Assembly (NCBI GenBank): GCA_964016885.1
Contig: OZ024748.1
Location: 34,534,001-34,598,000, forward strand
Direction of reading: 5' to 3'
Length of the DNA: 64,000 nt
DNA from: Eledone cirrhosa
Taxonomy: Eukaryota
Of this stretch, positions 29,356-43,356 are shown piece after piece. The position numbers and the translations under genes were made by a program. Under the pieces are notes generated by a model. It did no database searches and had not been told where the DNA came from. It was given only the letters and a program-made list of their open reading frames with translations. The stretch's first letter is position 1, and the number at the start of each line of letters is the position of its first letter.

Positions 29356-29613
29356 AGTCTATCAACAACAACAACAAATGTTAATAAATATTCGCGTAAT
29401 ATATACAAGACCAACGTATTCCAATAAATATTACTGGATGTTTATAGGATATGAAATGAAATGCTTATAAACAATATAATATTTTTGTCGTCTGTAATAA
29501 AATATTAACTGAAAGTGTTAATATATATTAAGACAATATACAACATCAATTTCTTCTACTGAATACATACGATGTTAATAGGATATTATTTACCGACAGA
29601 TTTATAAATATAA

Positions 29614-29677
<64 letters not shown>

Positions 29678-30167
29678 TATATCATTATCGTCTGCTATAG
29701 GATATTAACTGAAAATGGTAGCTACTATTATATATCATTGCTGGTTGCTAATATGAAATAAATTGTATATAATCTCCTTCCGATTTATCCCACTACTTAC
29801 TGATTTAATTTTTATAGTTATCAGTTTATTAGACATTCAGTAGATTTCCTTAATGTAATTCATCATCATTGCTGTGGTTGTTGTTGTTGTTATCATTAGG
29901 ATATTCATCTATGTTACTACACTGGACCGCTTCCTTGCCACAAGACATATATTAATGTAAAAATAAATACACAAACACCGATAAAACGGTAAAGACCAAT
30001 GAAACACACACACACACAGAACTATATTATACATACACTCACACAGAGAACTACATACACACACATATATATATACACACAACAGATTATCTTAAGAGGA
30101 TTCTACTGTAATCTCCTTCAATGAACAATATGACGTAGCTACAGTAAAAAACATGATACAAGGTCTG

Positions 30168-31545
30168 TATATAACCATAGCATAACTATAGTAAAACTAT
30201 AGTATAACTATAGTATAACAATAGTATAACAATAGTATAACCATAGCATAACTATAGTATAACCATAGCATAACTATAGTATAACTATAGTATAACTATA
30301 GTATAACCATAGCATAACTATAGTATAACTGTAGTATAACTATAGTATAACTATAGTATAACAATAGTATAACCATAGCATAACTATAGTATAACCATAG
30401 TATAACTATAGTAATACAATAGTATAACTATAGTATAACCATAACATAACTATAGTATAACTATAGTATAACTATAGTATAACGATAGCATAACTATAAT
30501 ATAACTGTAGTATAACTATAGTATAACAATAGTAGAACCATAGCATAACTATAGTATAACTATAGCATAACTATAGTATAACTATAGTATAACCATAGTA
30601 TAACTATAGTAATACTATAGTATAACTATAGTATAACCATAGTATAACTATAGTATAACCATAGCATAACTATAGTATAACTATAGTATAACCATAGCAT
30701 AACTATAATATAACTATAGTATAACCATAGTATAACTATAGTATAGCCATAGTATAACTATAGTATAACCATAGCATAACTATAGTATAACTATAGTATA
30801 ACCATAGCATAACTATAATATAACTATAGTATAACCATAGTATAACTATAGTATAACCATAGTATAACTATAGTATAACTATAGTATAACTATAGTATAA
30901 CTATAGTATAACCATAGTATAACTATAGCATAACTATAGCATAACTATAGTATAACCATAGTATAACTATAGTATAACTATAGTATAACCGTAGCATAAC
31001 TATAGTATAACTATAGTATAACTATAGTATAACCATAGTATAACTATAGTAATACTATAGTATAACTATAGTATAACCATAGTATAACTATAGTATAACC
31101 ATAGCATAAATATAGTATAACTATAGTTTAACCATAGCATAACTATAATATAACTATAGTATAACCATAGTATAACTATAGTATAGCCATAGTATAACTA
31201 TAGTATAACAATAGCATAACTATAGTATAACTATAGTATAACCATAGCATAACTATAATATAACCATAGTATAACCATAGTATAACTATAGTATAACCAT
31301 AGTATAACTATAGTATAACTATAGTATAACTATAGTATAACCATAGTATAACTATAGCATAACTATAGCATAACTATAGTATAACTATAGTATAACCATA
31401 GCATAACTATAGTATAACTATAGTATAACTATAGTATAACCATAGTATAACTATAGTATATAACTATAGTATAACTATAGCATAACTATAGCATATCTAT
31501 AGTATAACTATAGTATAACTTTAGTGTAGCTATAGTATAGCTATA
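30168..31545. repeat. 11-bp minisatellite (tagtataacta), about 125 units
   Basis: Head-to-tail units with cca, gca and caa variants. Confidence 0.97.
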
Positions 31546-31620
31546 GTGTATATACATACACACACAGATATATATATATATATACACACACACATATATA
31601 TATACATATATATATACACC

Positions 31621-31654
<34 letters not shown>

Positions 31655-31722
31655 CATACACACATATATATATATACACATCCACAAACACACACATAAA
31701 TATATATAAATATACACACATC

Positions 31723-31783
<61 letters not shown>

Positions 31784-31935
31784 ATGTGTTATAATTGCAA
31801 TGACTGCAATGGCTGATCTAGGATCGATCTTATCTTGTTAGATTTGTTGTGTTTAGAAAATCATCTTTACATCTTTCCATGTTTGTATACTGGTGATAAC
31901 TTGTTTAGCTTTCAACAGTAATATACGTCTCTCTC

Positions 31936-31981
<46 letters not shown>

Positions 31982-32149
31982 GTTGAAAATTGCAAACATG
32001 ACTGTCACCACAGAATATGAACCTGAAGATTACGAAAGAATGAAAGTACTTGTTCAATTAACACTTAACATTTAATAATCTACCATACTATTTCATTCTA
32101 ATACCATTATACATTTTAAAGGATTGTAAATAAAACGAGTAAATCACAA

Positions 32150-33398
32150 AGTTGGCGATGAATTAGCTTTGCGAGGTTTTTTATATGAAATCGTGTGTCG
32201 AAACAAATATTGTTATACTTGGGAAGGGTCATATTTGTGTAATATTGCCAGAATTAATAACAGGAGCAAATATACACGAGCAAATCATGGAATAGCTTAG
32301 ATAGGGCTAGACATAAGATAGGGAAAGCCACCTCATGGTACGACAACCAGAGATACCAGAGTGTCATGTTTGTGGACGCTACCCCTGGAGGGAAATTAGC
32401 TAACCAGTGTAGAAAGGCCCTGAAAGAGACCCACTTAGAAATTAAGGTGGTAGAAAAGCCAGGAACCACCATAAAATCCCTGATCAGCAAAACCTACCCT
32501 TTTAAGAAAACCCATTGTACCAATAGGAAATGTATCATATGTAAGGTAAACCCCCGGATAAACTGTAAAACTAGAAACGTAGTCTATAGCATAAGATGTA
32601 CAGAGGGTACTTGCAGAAACATGACAACAACATACATAGGTGAGACAGCTCGTAGCATAGGTGAAAGGATAGACCAACACTGGGGGGAACTAAAAGGACG
32701 AAAAAACGGGTCAGTACTATACGAACATGCTAGACAACAACATGACGGTAACATAGACAACATAGAAATTAGAATAATATCTAAACATAGAAATGACCCA
32801 CCAGATAGGCAAATCAGAGAGGCCAGTGAAATAGAAATTAGAAGACCAAGACTAAACAGAAAGAATGAATGGAATAACAACAACACCCAAACAAACAACA
32901 CTGACCTAAGAGAAGTATAAATAAGTAAATAAAATAAAATAAATAAATAAATACATACACAAGCACAATAACAACAAGCACATAAACACACACTAGTCAC
33001 CCACCACACAGCAAACAAAACACTATACACACACGCAAACGCATGCGCAAAGAAGACAAAATAAAATGAACAAACAAGCAAATAAATAAATAAATATATA
33101 GACAGACTGAATAAAAATGGCGTAGACATACAATACAACAGGAGGAAAAGATAGCACCACTGACGATGTTGCAGATGTGCAACGAAAGATTTATGATAAA
33201 CTATATATATGTGTTTGTGTCTATATTGCATCTGTATTATTTTTGACCGTCGGTCAGTCAATGGCAACATTGAGGACCGAGTAAGTTAGATTACCGATAT
33301 AAAAGACACAGAAGCGAGAAGCGAAAACCAACCAAACAGTGAGTGTGTTCTGTTATTAATTCTGGCAATATTACACAAATATGACCCTCCCCAAGTAT

Positions 33399-33403
<5 letters not shown>
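32150..33403 (+). mobile_element. PLE family A, 5'-truncated, intact GIY-YIG C-terminus
   Basis: ORF 32366-32920 (Cys linker, VVYSIRC, YIGET.R, RQIREA.EI, LNRKNE); inverted terminal piece 32150-32262; ends in (AT)n. Confidence 0.92.
33155..33196 (+). ncRNA. HHR-like motif in the family A terminal repeat (decayed homologs at about 6176, 13305 and 4965)
   Basis: CTGACGA t gttgca-gatg-tgcaac GAAAG; stems I and III weak in this copy. Confidence 0.5.
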
Positions 33404-33492
<89 letters not shown>

Positions 33493-33659
33493 AACTGCAC
33501 AGACTCAGAGTCGATCAATCGACCAATAAATATTAGAGATAATCTAATGTTTCGTAGAGAAGAACAGAAATAAATAATTAAAACAAAAACAAAAACAAAG
33601 ATAGAGGAAACCAGCCAGAGGAAAACTCCCTACCCTTCCTGGCCAAAAGAAAGCGGTGG

Positions 33660-34139
33660 GTCGATCTTCACTATGGACTCGGCCGATAGCCTGATCCGTT
33701 CTACACGCGGCAACAGCTGTTCGACATAACTCTACAAGTCAGTAATGCGCGGACACTGGACGAGTGCGTGCAGAACGGTTTCGTCGCTCTGCGCGCATCT
33801 CGGGCAGATCCGTCTGACAGCACTTCCGTGCCTGTAGAGTTTATCTCGAACCGGCAGTGGCCGCCGGTAGCACTGCCAAGCGAGGGATTTTTGGAAGTTA
33901 TCCATCGTCCCCGGCTTGAAAGTCCTCCGGAACAGACTGGTTAATTAGACTTCGTCGACGCCCAGAGCCTCTCCAAGAGCGTCGTCGCACTTGCTCACCA
34001 CTAATCCTCTATAGAACTCGGGAGTGGAAGTTCCACTGACCGCATTGCCCGCCTGGAAGAGGGCAGTGCATGCCTGGAAACATTCTAGATGCCAATCACC
34101 CAGTCTCGGTCTCTTCATGACCCAGGACTGCAACTCAGT
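33660..34139 (-). pseudogene. L1/Tx1-type ORF2 C-terminal fragment
   Basis: LQSWVMKRPRLGDWH, SKCDDALGEALG and LAWQCYR match the 56357-59794 protein. Confidence 0.85.
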
Positions 34140-34830
34140 CTAAGAGACATCCAGAAGCAACCACATGTCAAGTCCTGGTGGGATTCTGGGAATGCGGAGA
34201 CGAGCTATTCTTTTTGCCATGTAGGAGGGGTACATTATGACCTTGCTGGTTTTGCAAGGGGTCATATCATGTTTCATAGCGAGGGCTTCTGACTTAAACA
34301 GCACCCAAATGGTGCCGTATAGTCTGCCCCTCGCTATGTATTCGGTGTCATCCCTGATGAACTTCAGCACAACTTCGACATCTGCTTGTGCAATTAAAGC
34401 TGCCCCATTGGTTTCTGCTGAGATGCATATGTAATGCACTGTTCTGCGCTCCACTGCTTCAATAGCTTCTACCGAGACAGTTAAGTTTGCTCAGGTTTGC
34501 TCTTGCTTGATGAGCTTCCTAGCCTGGGCCAATTATTCGAGAGGTCCATGCTGAAGCATGACCTCTTTTGGACTGCTGCCGCAGCGAAAGTGTTCTTGTT
34601 GTTGTCGTTAGTGCTGCTGGTGTTGTCGTTCTTTTTGTTGTTGCTGTTTTGCTGTTTTTCGTTGACTATATTGTTGCTGGTGTTGTCTTCGTTCTTGTTG
34701 TTGTTGGTGTTGTCGTTTTTGTCGTTGTTCTTGTTGGTGTTGTTGCTGTTATCACTGTTGCAGTTGATTATGTTTTTAAGTCACTCCAGGTAGAGCCGCT
34801 ACTTCTCCGAATTGAGAGATCACAACTCCG
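34140..34830 (-). pseudogene. L1/Tx1-type ORF1 fragment (related subfamily)
   Basis: LYGTIWVLFK...PSYMAKR...LDMWLL aligns with LFGSISVL...PTYMGKR...VNIWWI of the 60-61 kb ORF1. Confidence 0.7.
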
Positions 34831-35129
34831 ATAATATGAACATGTGGTTAGAATGTCTCAGTAAAGAATCGCTGGACACATTTTACAGGCAAAGCCAACC
34901 GGCAAGAGACCCTGAGCAAGATAGTTGGATAACCTCCATGAACTTGGCTGGTCACACTTTGGGATTCAGCTGGATCAGTTAGAGATGTTTGCTTCTGACA
35001 GACTCGCTGGAAGGAGTGTTTGAGAAGGACTCTGCCCCTATTACCCTCTCAGAAATAAGTGGGCGAAGAAGAAGATATTGTTAATTTACTTTTCAATTTA
35101 CATATATATATCGCGGGCGGTTTTTCTGC

Positions 35130-36050
35130 TAGTAATAATAATAATTGTTTCTTTATTGGCCACAAGAGCCGAAACAAAAGAGAGACAGTGATGATTTACA
35201 AACAAACTTGAAATTAAACAGATAACAATAAACAATGAAACAGATAACAATAAATAACAAATTAAAAATAATAAAAAGATTCCCAAAGAGGGAGTGCACC
35301 ACCCAGGGGTAAATCAGAAACTCCACAGATCCTAAACCACCCTAATCTTCAAGAGTACCATAGGAAGGTGCCTCTCTCCTATCGAAACCCTCCAACCTAC
35401 ATGTTCAGAGTAGGCTCATTTACTCGGGTCAGCCTCATTAGGTTCTCTGTTTTGAGATGGTTCGACCTCCATATCTGCTGGGGTTTCCTTTGGGAATCTC
35501 TTTAAAAGCCTAGTCGTGGCTTTTACATTCGGGTTTCCTACGCCGCGGGGGAAAATCTCCTTAATGTTTTGTAGGCGCCTAGAAACATTCGCACCATCAA
35601 TTTCGTGTGGAACTTTAAAAGTGCTGGTGCCATTAATCTCCCCCTCTCTCTCAATATCTTTACTTCTTGATATGAGAGCCATCAGTTCTTCGATGGCCCT
35701 CCTCACAAGCACGAAGTTTGGTGTCTTTTTGGTTGGTTGTTGTGTGATTTCCTTTAGTGAGTAGTGTTTGTTGTGCTGTTAGTAGTAATGGTGATTGTGT
35801 TCGCAATTGTGGTGTTAGTGTTGTAGTAGCTGTCACTGTATTTGTTTTGCGAGGGATTTCTGTGTTTTCTGGAATGTGTGTTGGAATGGTGCAGGGTGTG
35901 TTTTTTTTTATATATATATATCATTGTTTTGTTTCTGGGCTTTTGAGGTTCCCCTTCTTAATACTGCGAGAAGAGGAGGTTTTTGTACCTGAGTAATTTG
36001 ACTTAGATGACTGTGTGTCTGTGTGTCTGTGTGTGTTTGGAAGAGGGAGA
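35130..36050 (-). mobile_element. L1/Tx1 derivative: ORF1 C-terminus joined to the ORF2 tail and 3' UTR
   Basis: ORF 35416-35712 is ORF1-like; followed by RVNEPTLNM* and a 3' UTR ending ttgtggccaataaagaaac. Confidence 0.65.
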
Positions 36051-36054
36051 GATA

Positions 36055-37775
36055 TGCTGAGCCGCTAGAGCCACTGCTGCGGAAGTTGGAGTTGTTGCAG
36101 GGCATCCCGTTGGAACCGGGATTGCGGAAAGCGGTGTCGGCCTACGCTGACGACGTAACAGTAATGGTGTCGACGGCCTCGGAAATCGGGGCGATCGGCA
36201 CCTTACTGGAGGAGTACGAAAGGTTTACAGGGGCTAAGCTGAACCGGGACAAGTCGATCGGTCTGCAACTTTGATTGATGCTCTCCGATGGCGTCGTCGG
36301 GCGTTGGACGGAGGGCCCGGTGAAGTTGCTCGGGGTCTGGTTCGGACCAGACCTCCAGATGGAGAAGAACCGGAACGAGGTAACGAACAGGGTGTTTGCA
36401 CTGACCCAGAAGTGGGCAAACTATCCCTGAAAGGTCGGGCGGAGGTGGCGAACACTTATATAGCGTCCGTCATCTACTACCGCCTGACCGTTGTGCCTTG
36501 CCCAAGGGAAACGCTCGCCAAAATGGAACGCTCACTCTTCCAATTCCTTTGGAAGAAGCGGGCTCCTATGGTGGGGAGATCCATCTGCTGTCAACACCCT
36601 TCGAAAGGATGGCTGGGGATGCCGTGGCTAATGATACCTAAACACGCATTAAGGCTACGGCACCTCCAGGTGTTCCTCATCGGTCAACCGGTGTGGGCCC
36701 CGTTTGTGAGGCGAGCCTTTCGCAGACTCGTTTTACTCACCGAGCTGCAATCCTGGGTCAAGCAAAGACCGAGAAAACTGGGCGCCTGGCACACCGAGTG
36801 TGCCCAGGCGCTCACGGCTCTCTGGTAGGCGGACCCGGCTGTCAGTGGAGAATCCACCTCGTCATTCTATAGAGGGCTGGTGGTTAGCAGGTGCGACGAC
36901 GCCCTCGGAGAAGCCCTAGGCATGGAGGAAGACGAACTGGACAACCTGTTCGGTAGGACATTCAGCCCGGGACCCATGGATAACTTCCGGACGTCCCTGG
37001 CCTGGCAGTGCTACCGAGGGGCTCTGCCCGTTCGAGAGAGGCTCTACAGACACGGGCGCCCGGGTAGGGACCCCTCGAAAAAGATCTGTCCCAGATGCGT
37101 GTGCGACGAGGAAACCGTTGCACACGCTTTGGTACACTGCTTGGGCATTGCCGATCTGTGGGGCTATGTCGAACAACTGCTGTCAATGGTGGGACCGATC
37201 CGGTTGACCACCGAGTCTATTGTAACGATCAAGTCGCCTCCCCTCTTCAAAAACGAAGGAGAGGCGGTGTTTCTGTGCGTAATAGCCATGGCGAAAGAGG
37301 TTGTATGGTGGACACGTCTGAAAGGACTGAGGTCAGACGCCTTTCTCTCTGGCCAACAACTGGTCCGTTTCTTCCGATATCATTTCGGAAGAAGGATCAG
37401 GATGGAGAGAGAGGTGCTGCACCCCAGCCGTTTTTATGAAAGATGGGTGAAAGTGGCGAGAATGGCCCGTGTGAATGGGCCTTCACTCTACATCAGACTA
37501 TAGGTGAGGAAGATGAAAGACCAAGGGAGCATCCCCTCTCTGTGCTCCTGAGGAGAAGAGTTGCACACTTTTTTCGGGGGGGGGCGACCCCCCAAGGCGC
37601 CTCCCCGTTATTGAGGATTTTGTTACAAAATTTATTTTGTTATATTTTATTTTATTTTTATACTTTTATATCTTGTTATTGCCTCCTCCATATTGAGGAC
37701 GCTTTGCATGTAAACTCCCCCCTTTGTACTTGTCCCACTTTTGATGCCCTGGTGGCAAATAAAAAGAAAGTTATC
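36055..37775 (+). pseudogene. L1/Tx1-type ORF2 3' portion with 3' UTR, disrupted
   Basis: AYADD motif and CPRC...H...C; ORFs at 36023, 36271 and 36880 are collinear with 56357-59794; aataaa at about 37758. Confidence 0.93.
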
Positions 37776-37974
37776 TTTCTTATTTACGGAACATAAACAA
37801 ACAATAAACATACACACACATACACACACATATATCTATATATAATAGAGAAAGAGAGAAAGAGATCTGCTTTGCATTATCTGATTCGGCCTTTTACATT
37901 CTGAGTTCAAATTCCGTTAAAGTTATCATTGCTTACATTCTTACATGGTCATTAAAAAATAGCATCAGTAAAGT

Positions 37975-40900
37975 GGCGGCTACCAACCTAAACGCTCCGC
38001 CTTCACCACTGCCAAGGTCCAGAACCACTAGTCGACCCTCCGGGTCCAAATGTACCGTCTGTGTTGCGAGACCCAGATGTTTTTGCAGCAGAACGACCAC
38101 CCCACCTCCACCTCCGGGCTGACAGAGAGATGCGTGCATCTCAAAGTCATCAAAGGTGGGGGCCAGCTGTCGCACGTTGCTGATCCGGGCCTCGCAAATA
38201 ACCATCACATCTATACGTTGTGACCTGAGGTCATTTAGAAGCACTGCTTGCTTCCAAGTTGAGCCCAGGCCACGCGCATTTAGACAGCCTACTCTTAGCA
38301 TAGCCATGTTGGTGGTGAAGAGAAAAGGCACTTACCTCTCTGCGTCCCGGGTATCGGGCTGCACAATTTCCATGAGGGTGGGGGATGGGTTGTTGGGTGG
38401 GGTGGTGGTTTCTGGCGGGGTGGGGACGGAGGTGTTTGGTGGGGAAAGGGTGTCTGGTGGGGTGGGGATGACTTGGGTGGTGGTGCCTGTGGTGGGGAGG
38501 CCTTTGTAGAGGACGCGGTTGATTGGTTTCACGCAGGAATTCCCTACGTCCTCTACAAATGTTTCTTTTAGGGATCTATAAGTTCCTATTTGGACCCTGA
38601 TCAGTTTTAGGTTCATTTTTTTGTTTTTGTTGGAGCTATCCAAAGTTTTCCCTTCGGTTTTGACCAAAGTGTTGTTTCTGATGGTCTCCATCAGTGTTCT
38701 ATTTTCTTCGTTTATGTAAGTGTATGTGTACTTTTCCTGTGTTGTGTTTGTTTTTGTCTGTGGTTCCTGCATGCATTTTCTCTTTGTTGTGGGTGTTTTG
38801 TTTTCGGGAGGGGGAACTTTTGTTTGTGATTTTTGTGCTATTTGTGCTGGTGTTTGTGTGATTGTTTCGTTTTTGTTCATGCGATTCTTTCTTTTTATTC
38901 TTCTCACGGGTTGGAAGGGTTCCTCCTCATCGCCGTTGGGTGCCGTCGATAGGGGTTCCTCATCCGTGTTGATGGGTAGGGGTATGTTTTGGGGTTCTGT
39001 AGTGTCTGTGTGTGTTTTTGTATTTGTTTTGGGTTGGGTGGGATAGTGTTCTCTGTTGTTTTTTCTTGTTGTCGTGGTGGTGGTGGTGGTGGTGGTGGTG
39101 GTGGTTGTGTTGTTATTTGTGGTGTTGGTAAAAGTGGGGTTTTTTTTGTCAATTGAGGACAGGCAGCCCTTAGGTGACCTCTGCTTGCGCAGTGGTAACA
39201 TGCTGACCGCCTACCCCCAACCGAAATGTTTATGTAGGTCTGTTCATCCAGAGGTACTCTCTGTGGGATTTTCATTATACGTTCTGGGCTCATCTGCACC
39301 AGAATTTCGACGCTAGTCCCACTAAATATATATCTGGAGGATTTTCCTACTGAGATCAAAGTGTCTTGTTCAAAGTCAATTAGGCTTTAGCAGAGAAGTA
39401 TATTTCGAGAGTTGTAATGTTACCACCAGGAACCACCGTTGGTAGAAAGATATGATAGGAATATCGACAACGACTTTAGCTTGGTTTTACATTATTTATT
39501 AACAGAGGTTGAGCTGGCATGCCAAGAGAAATAAAACAAATCAATTAAGATTACAAGAGAAAATACGGTCGACTGGCTGAGGCGTTTAGCCAATTCCGTA
39601 GTAAAATTGTTGTGTCGTTACATATTGGTTGTGCTGGCGGAGCAAAAGAACAAGTGGTGTTTACCTTAGCACGGTCTAGCTCGAAGTGATAGCGTCCTCA
39701 AATCTTTGCGGGCTATTTCTCCCTCAGAACGCGTAGGGATACATCCTCTTCTACTGGCGCTGATTGGCTGAGCTGAGCCAAATCACGCACAGAGAATGTA
39801 TGTGAGCCCGCGGAATATAGGTCACTTCATCACCTCCGAGCAGATTTTTAGCCGAAAATCGTTAACGATGAAGCCGAGGACCTACAGATTATTGAATCAC
39901 CAAGAACAAATGCTGAAAGAGCTTATCAGTGAAAAAATAATTGAGCAGAAAGATGCATGCAAGAAAAAAAATGAGGCGCGACGGGCCGTGTTGAGCCGTT
40001 GTCAAATGACTAGCTGTTTTGTAGTTTATACGTGACCACCAAAGGTCTACCAGAAAACAGATAAAGTCTGACATGGGCGAAGTTGCTGTTCTTGCATTAA
40101 ATGTTAATGGTAAGTGTTGTACCAGTAGCTGTGGACGAAGCTATTATGGTAGTTTACAAGTGCTGGCAAGAAGATGATGGGTAGGCGAGAAAATGTTGGC
40201 CTCCCAGATGTATTGCCGAATGTGCTAGGGAGCCAGGAAAAAATGGCTGGTTGCTTTGAAAAGAAAAAAAGCAAGCTGAATCTGTAGGTGGGTTGCAGTT
40301 CCATGATTCGGGCGAATCCACAGAAGTGTTGAAAAGTCCAGTGCTATTTGTTGTTTTCCCGGTGAGCTGGGTAAGATAACAAGATAGGTTGTTATGGACG
40401 ATGAGTGTGCAACGAGATTCAAAACTGTTTGAGTCCAGCTGCAATTAGCATACTCGTGTTGCGGTGCAGGTGAACTAAGCTGCAAGTGTCGATAGTATGT
40501 TTTGGTACCTCCAGAAGGTGAAAAGGGATCTCGCAGAATATTACGACGCTTGAAGATCATATACTATAGACAACATGTTGGTGTGTGTATATATGCAGGC
40601 ATGTAATACAGCAAAGAAAATGTGTGCGTGCGGTCACATATACAATGATAGAGAGAAATGAATTTTCATATAATACAGTTTTTAAAAAATAAATGTCCAA
40701 AATAAATTCCTGAAAAAAAAAGGAAAAAAGAAAGAATTGTTTCTTTTCCTTTAACCAAAAGTTTGCTTCTTTTTTCTTTGGGATCGTTCTTACTAGGAAG
40801 CTAGTAGAGTTCTTGTTAAAGCAAAGTCACAATGAATCTTCTGTAGAGTCGAAGTCTAGCGTTGAAGAACCTATAGTCACCAACATGGCAGCCACGTCTG

Positions 40901-42330
40901 ACGCCATAATGGTGAGAAAACTAATGTCTTAATTTCTCGAGTCCTTGTGGTAACGAGACAGAAGGTATGGTGATTGCGTCGGTAAAGTTACAAGCCGTTT
41001 CCTGGTGTTGGTTAATAGTTAGCCATCTGTTGCTGCCGATGGCTGGTACTTGGTGGTAGCCGTTTTGAAATTTCCTCGTGGCGTGAATTTTATGAAATAC
41101 TGATAATTGTTTTTCCCAAATATTCTAAAGAAAATTTGAAAATATTCTAAAGAAAAAAAATTATTTTCCATGATGGCCGATCGAAAAATGTGTCCGTGAT
41201 GAAGAAGCCGTCATGTGGCACGATAGAGCCAATCAGATGGCTGGGATTGGAGAAGAAAAGCTGTACGCGGGAAAAAGAAATTTCTGAGTCTCCATTTGTA
41301 ATTTCAACAGAACGCCGAAAGCAAAATTCCACATCCAGAGAAATCCTTTTTTTTTTTAATTAATTTTTTTTTGTGTTGTATTTTTGTGTTCGTCTGTATG
41401 CGTGAGTTACTAGTGTTACCATGAAAGTTATGACAGAAATATTGTGCAGGCCGCGTGCTTCAACAAATGGAATATTATGAATTTTATGGACTTACGCTAA
41501 GTGAGTCTAGCTACCCGATTCGAACATTCCAAATGTTAAGCCACTCCACATTGCCATTAAAATGAATGGCGAATTCAAATAGGCTGCGTTTTCATACTTA
41601 ATCGTCGAGGGTCGCCAATTTGGTATAGGTATATTGTCACCAATTTAGCGGAGAAGTGTATTTAGAGAGTTGTAATGTTACCACCAGGAACCACCGTTGG
41701 TAGAAAGATATGATAGGAATATCGACAACGACTTTAGCTTGGTTTTACATTATTTATTAACAGAGGTTGAGCTGGCATGCCAAGAGAAATAAAACAAATC
41801 AATTAAGATTACAAGAGAAAATACGGTCGACTGGCTGATGCGTTTAGCCAATTCCGTAGCAAAATTGTTGTGTCGTTACATATTGTTTGTGCTAGCGGAG
41901 CAAAAGAACAAGTGGTGTTTACTTTAGCACGGTCTAGCTCGAAGTGATAGCGTCCTCAAATCTTTGCGGGCTATTTCTCCCTCAGAACGCGTTGGGATAT
42001 ATCCTCTTCTACTGGCGCTGATTGGTTGAGCTGAGCCAAATCACGCACAGAGAATGTATGTGAGCCCGCGGAATGTAGGTCACTACAAGGCCATTATGTA
42101 TCCACCAAATATCTACTTTGGGTCTTATACATGTAATTTTTATTTTTTGCGTTCTTTTTCCCATGTATGTAGGGACAAAACAAGTACCTGAAAAAAAAGG
42201 TAGTTGGATAAAGGCGGGTTCCATTATTGTCAGGATAGAATAACCAAAACCAGTAAAAAAAATATAAAAGTCTGCATAAATAAATAGTTTCTTGGCAAAT
42301 AACCTTTGAGTAAAAATTGTCATTCAAATT
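37975..42330 (-). mobile_element. L1/Tx1-type copy (ORF1 plus APE start) interrupted by an LTR element
   Basis: APE N-terminus CLNARGL...ICE; ORF1 zinc knuckle CYHCASRGHLRAAC; ORF1 resumes at 42088-42330 (PTYMGKRTQKI). Confidence 0.9.
39386..42087 (-). mobile_element. Non-autonomous LTR retrotransposon, 444-bp LTRs, 4-bp TSD AGGC
   Basis: Direct repeats 39386-39829 and 41644-42087; aggc at 39382-39385 and 42088-42091; TGG-starting PBS-like sequence next to 41643; short purine-rich ggaggtga next to 39829; no long ORF. Confidence 0.9.
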
Positions 42331-42978
42331 GTGTTATTTATTTTAATATATACTTATAATCTCACCCAAAGGTGTGTAGCTTAATGGTTAGAGTATACGG
42401 CTAGGGCAGGTAATGTTGTATTAATAAAAGTTTTAAGAATTAGTTCTTTGTTTTGCCATTCATTACCAAATACCATTTCGTATATATTTACATTATTATA
42501 ATAATTAAACATATTCCAGGATGCTAAGATGTTTTTCTGTGGAAACCTTACAAAGCACGAAATGGTTATCAAACTTAATGGTATTACTAAGATTTCTTTC
42601 TTTATAGTGTATATGGTGTATGTATCTATATATGATGTATATATAGTGTATATATCTATATTTATATATGGTGTATATATCTATATATGATGTATATATA
42701 TGAGAAAAACCACAGACACTCCATCTCAATTCTACTTTTGAAAAGCAGAAGAACTGCGAAACCGGTAAAGGAACCAAATAAATATATATATTTTTTTTTA
42801 AATAAGACTCCAGTTGCATTTTCGATTTCATCTTTTTTTCTTTATATATATATATATATCTATATATCTAAATGACCCCATTGAGTGTAAACTCTAAGTT
42901 ATATTATATATATATATATATATGGTGTATATATATATGATGTATATATATATATATATATGGTGTATATATATATGT

Positions 42979-43011
<33 letters not shown>

Positions 43012-43171
43012 TGTATATATCTATATATGGTGTATATATCTATATATGATGTATATATATACATTTATATATATATCTATGTGTGTGTGTGTGTGTATCT
43101 ATATAATATAAAATCATTGTAAGCACATCTGTAAGTCTCAAATGTAAGGAAATATAGACAAATATGAGAAC

Positions 43172-43174
<3 letters not shown>

Positions 43175-43262
<88 letters not shown>

Positions 43263-43356
43263 GTGTGTGTGTGTGCGTGCGTGTGTGCGTGTGTGTGTGT
43301 GCGTGTGTGCGTGCGTGTGTGTGCGCGTGTGTGTGTGCGTGTGTGTGAGTGTGTGT
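43175..43356. repeat. (GT)n/(GC) microsatellite
   Basis: Direct inspection. Confidence 0.95.

Noticed and set aside
31980-32075. Possible host exon (LKIANMTVTTEYEPEDYERMK)
   Set aside because: Short, weak splice signals, no recognisable domain or partner exons
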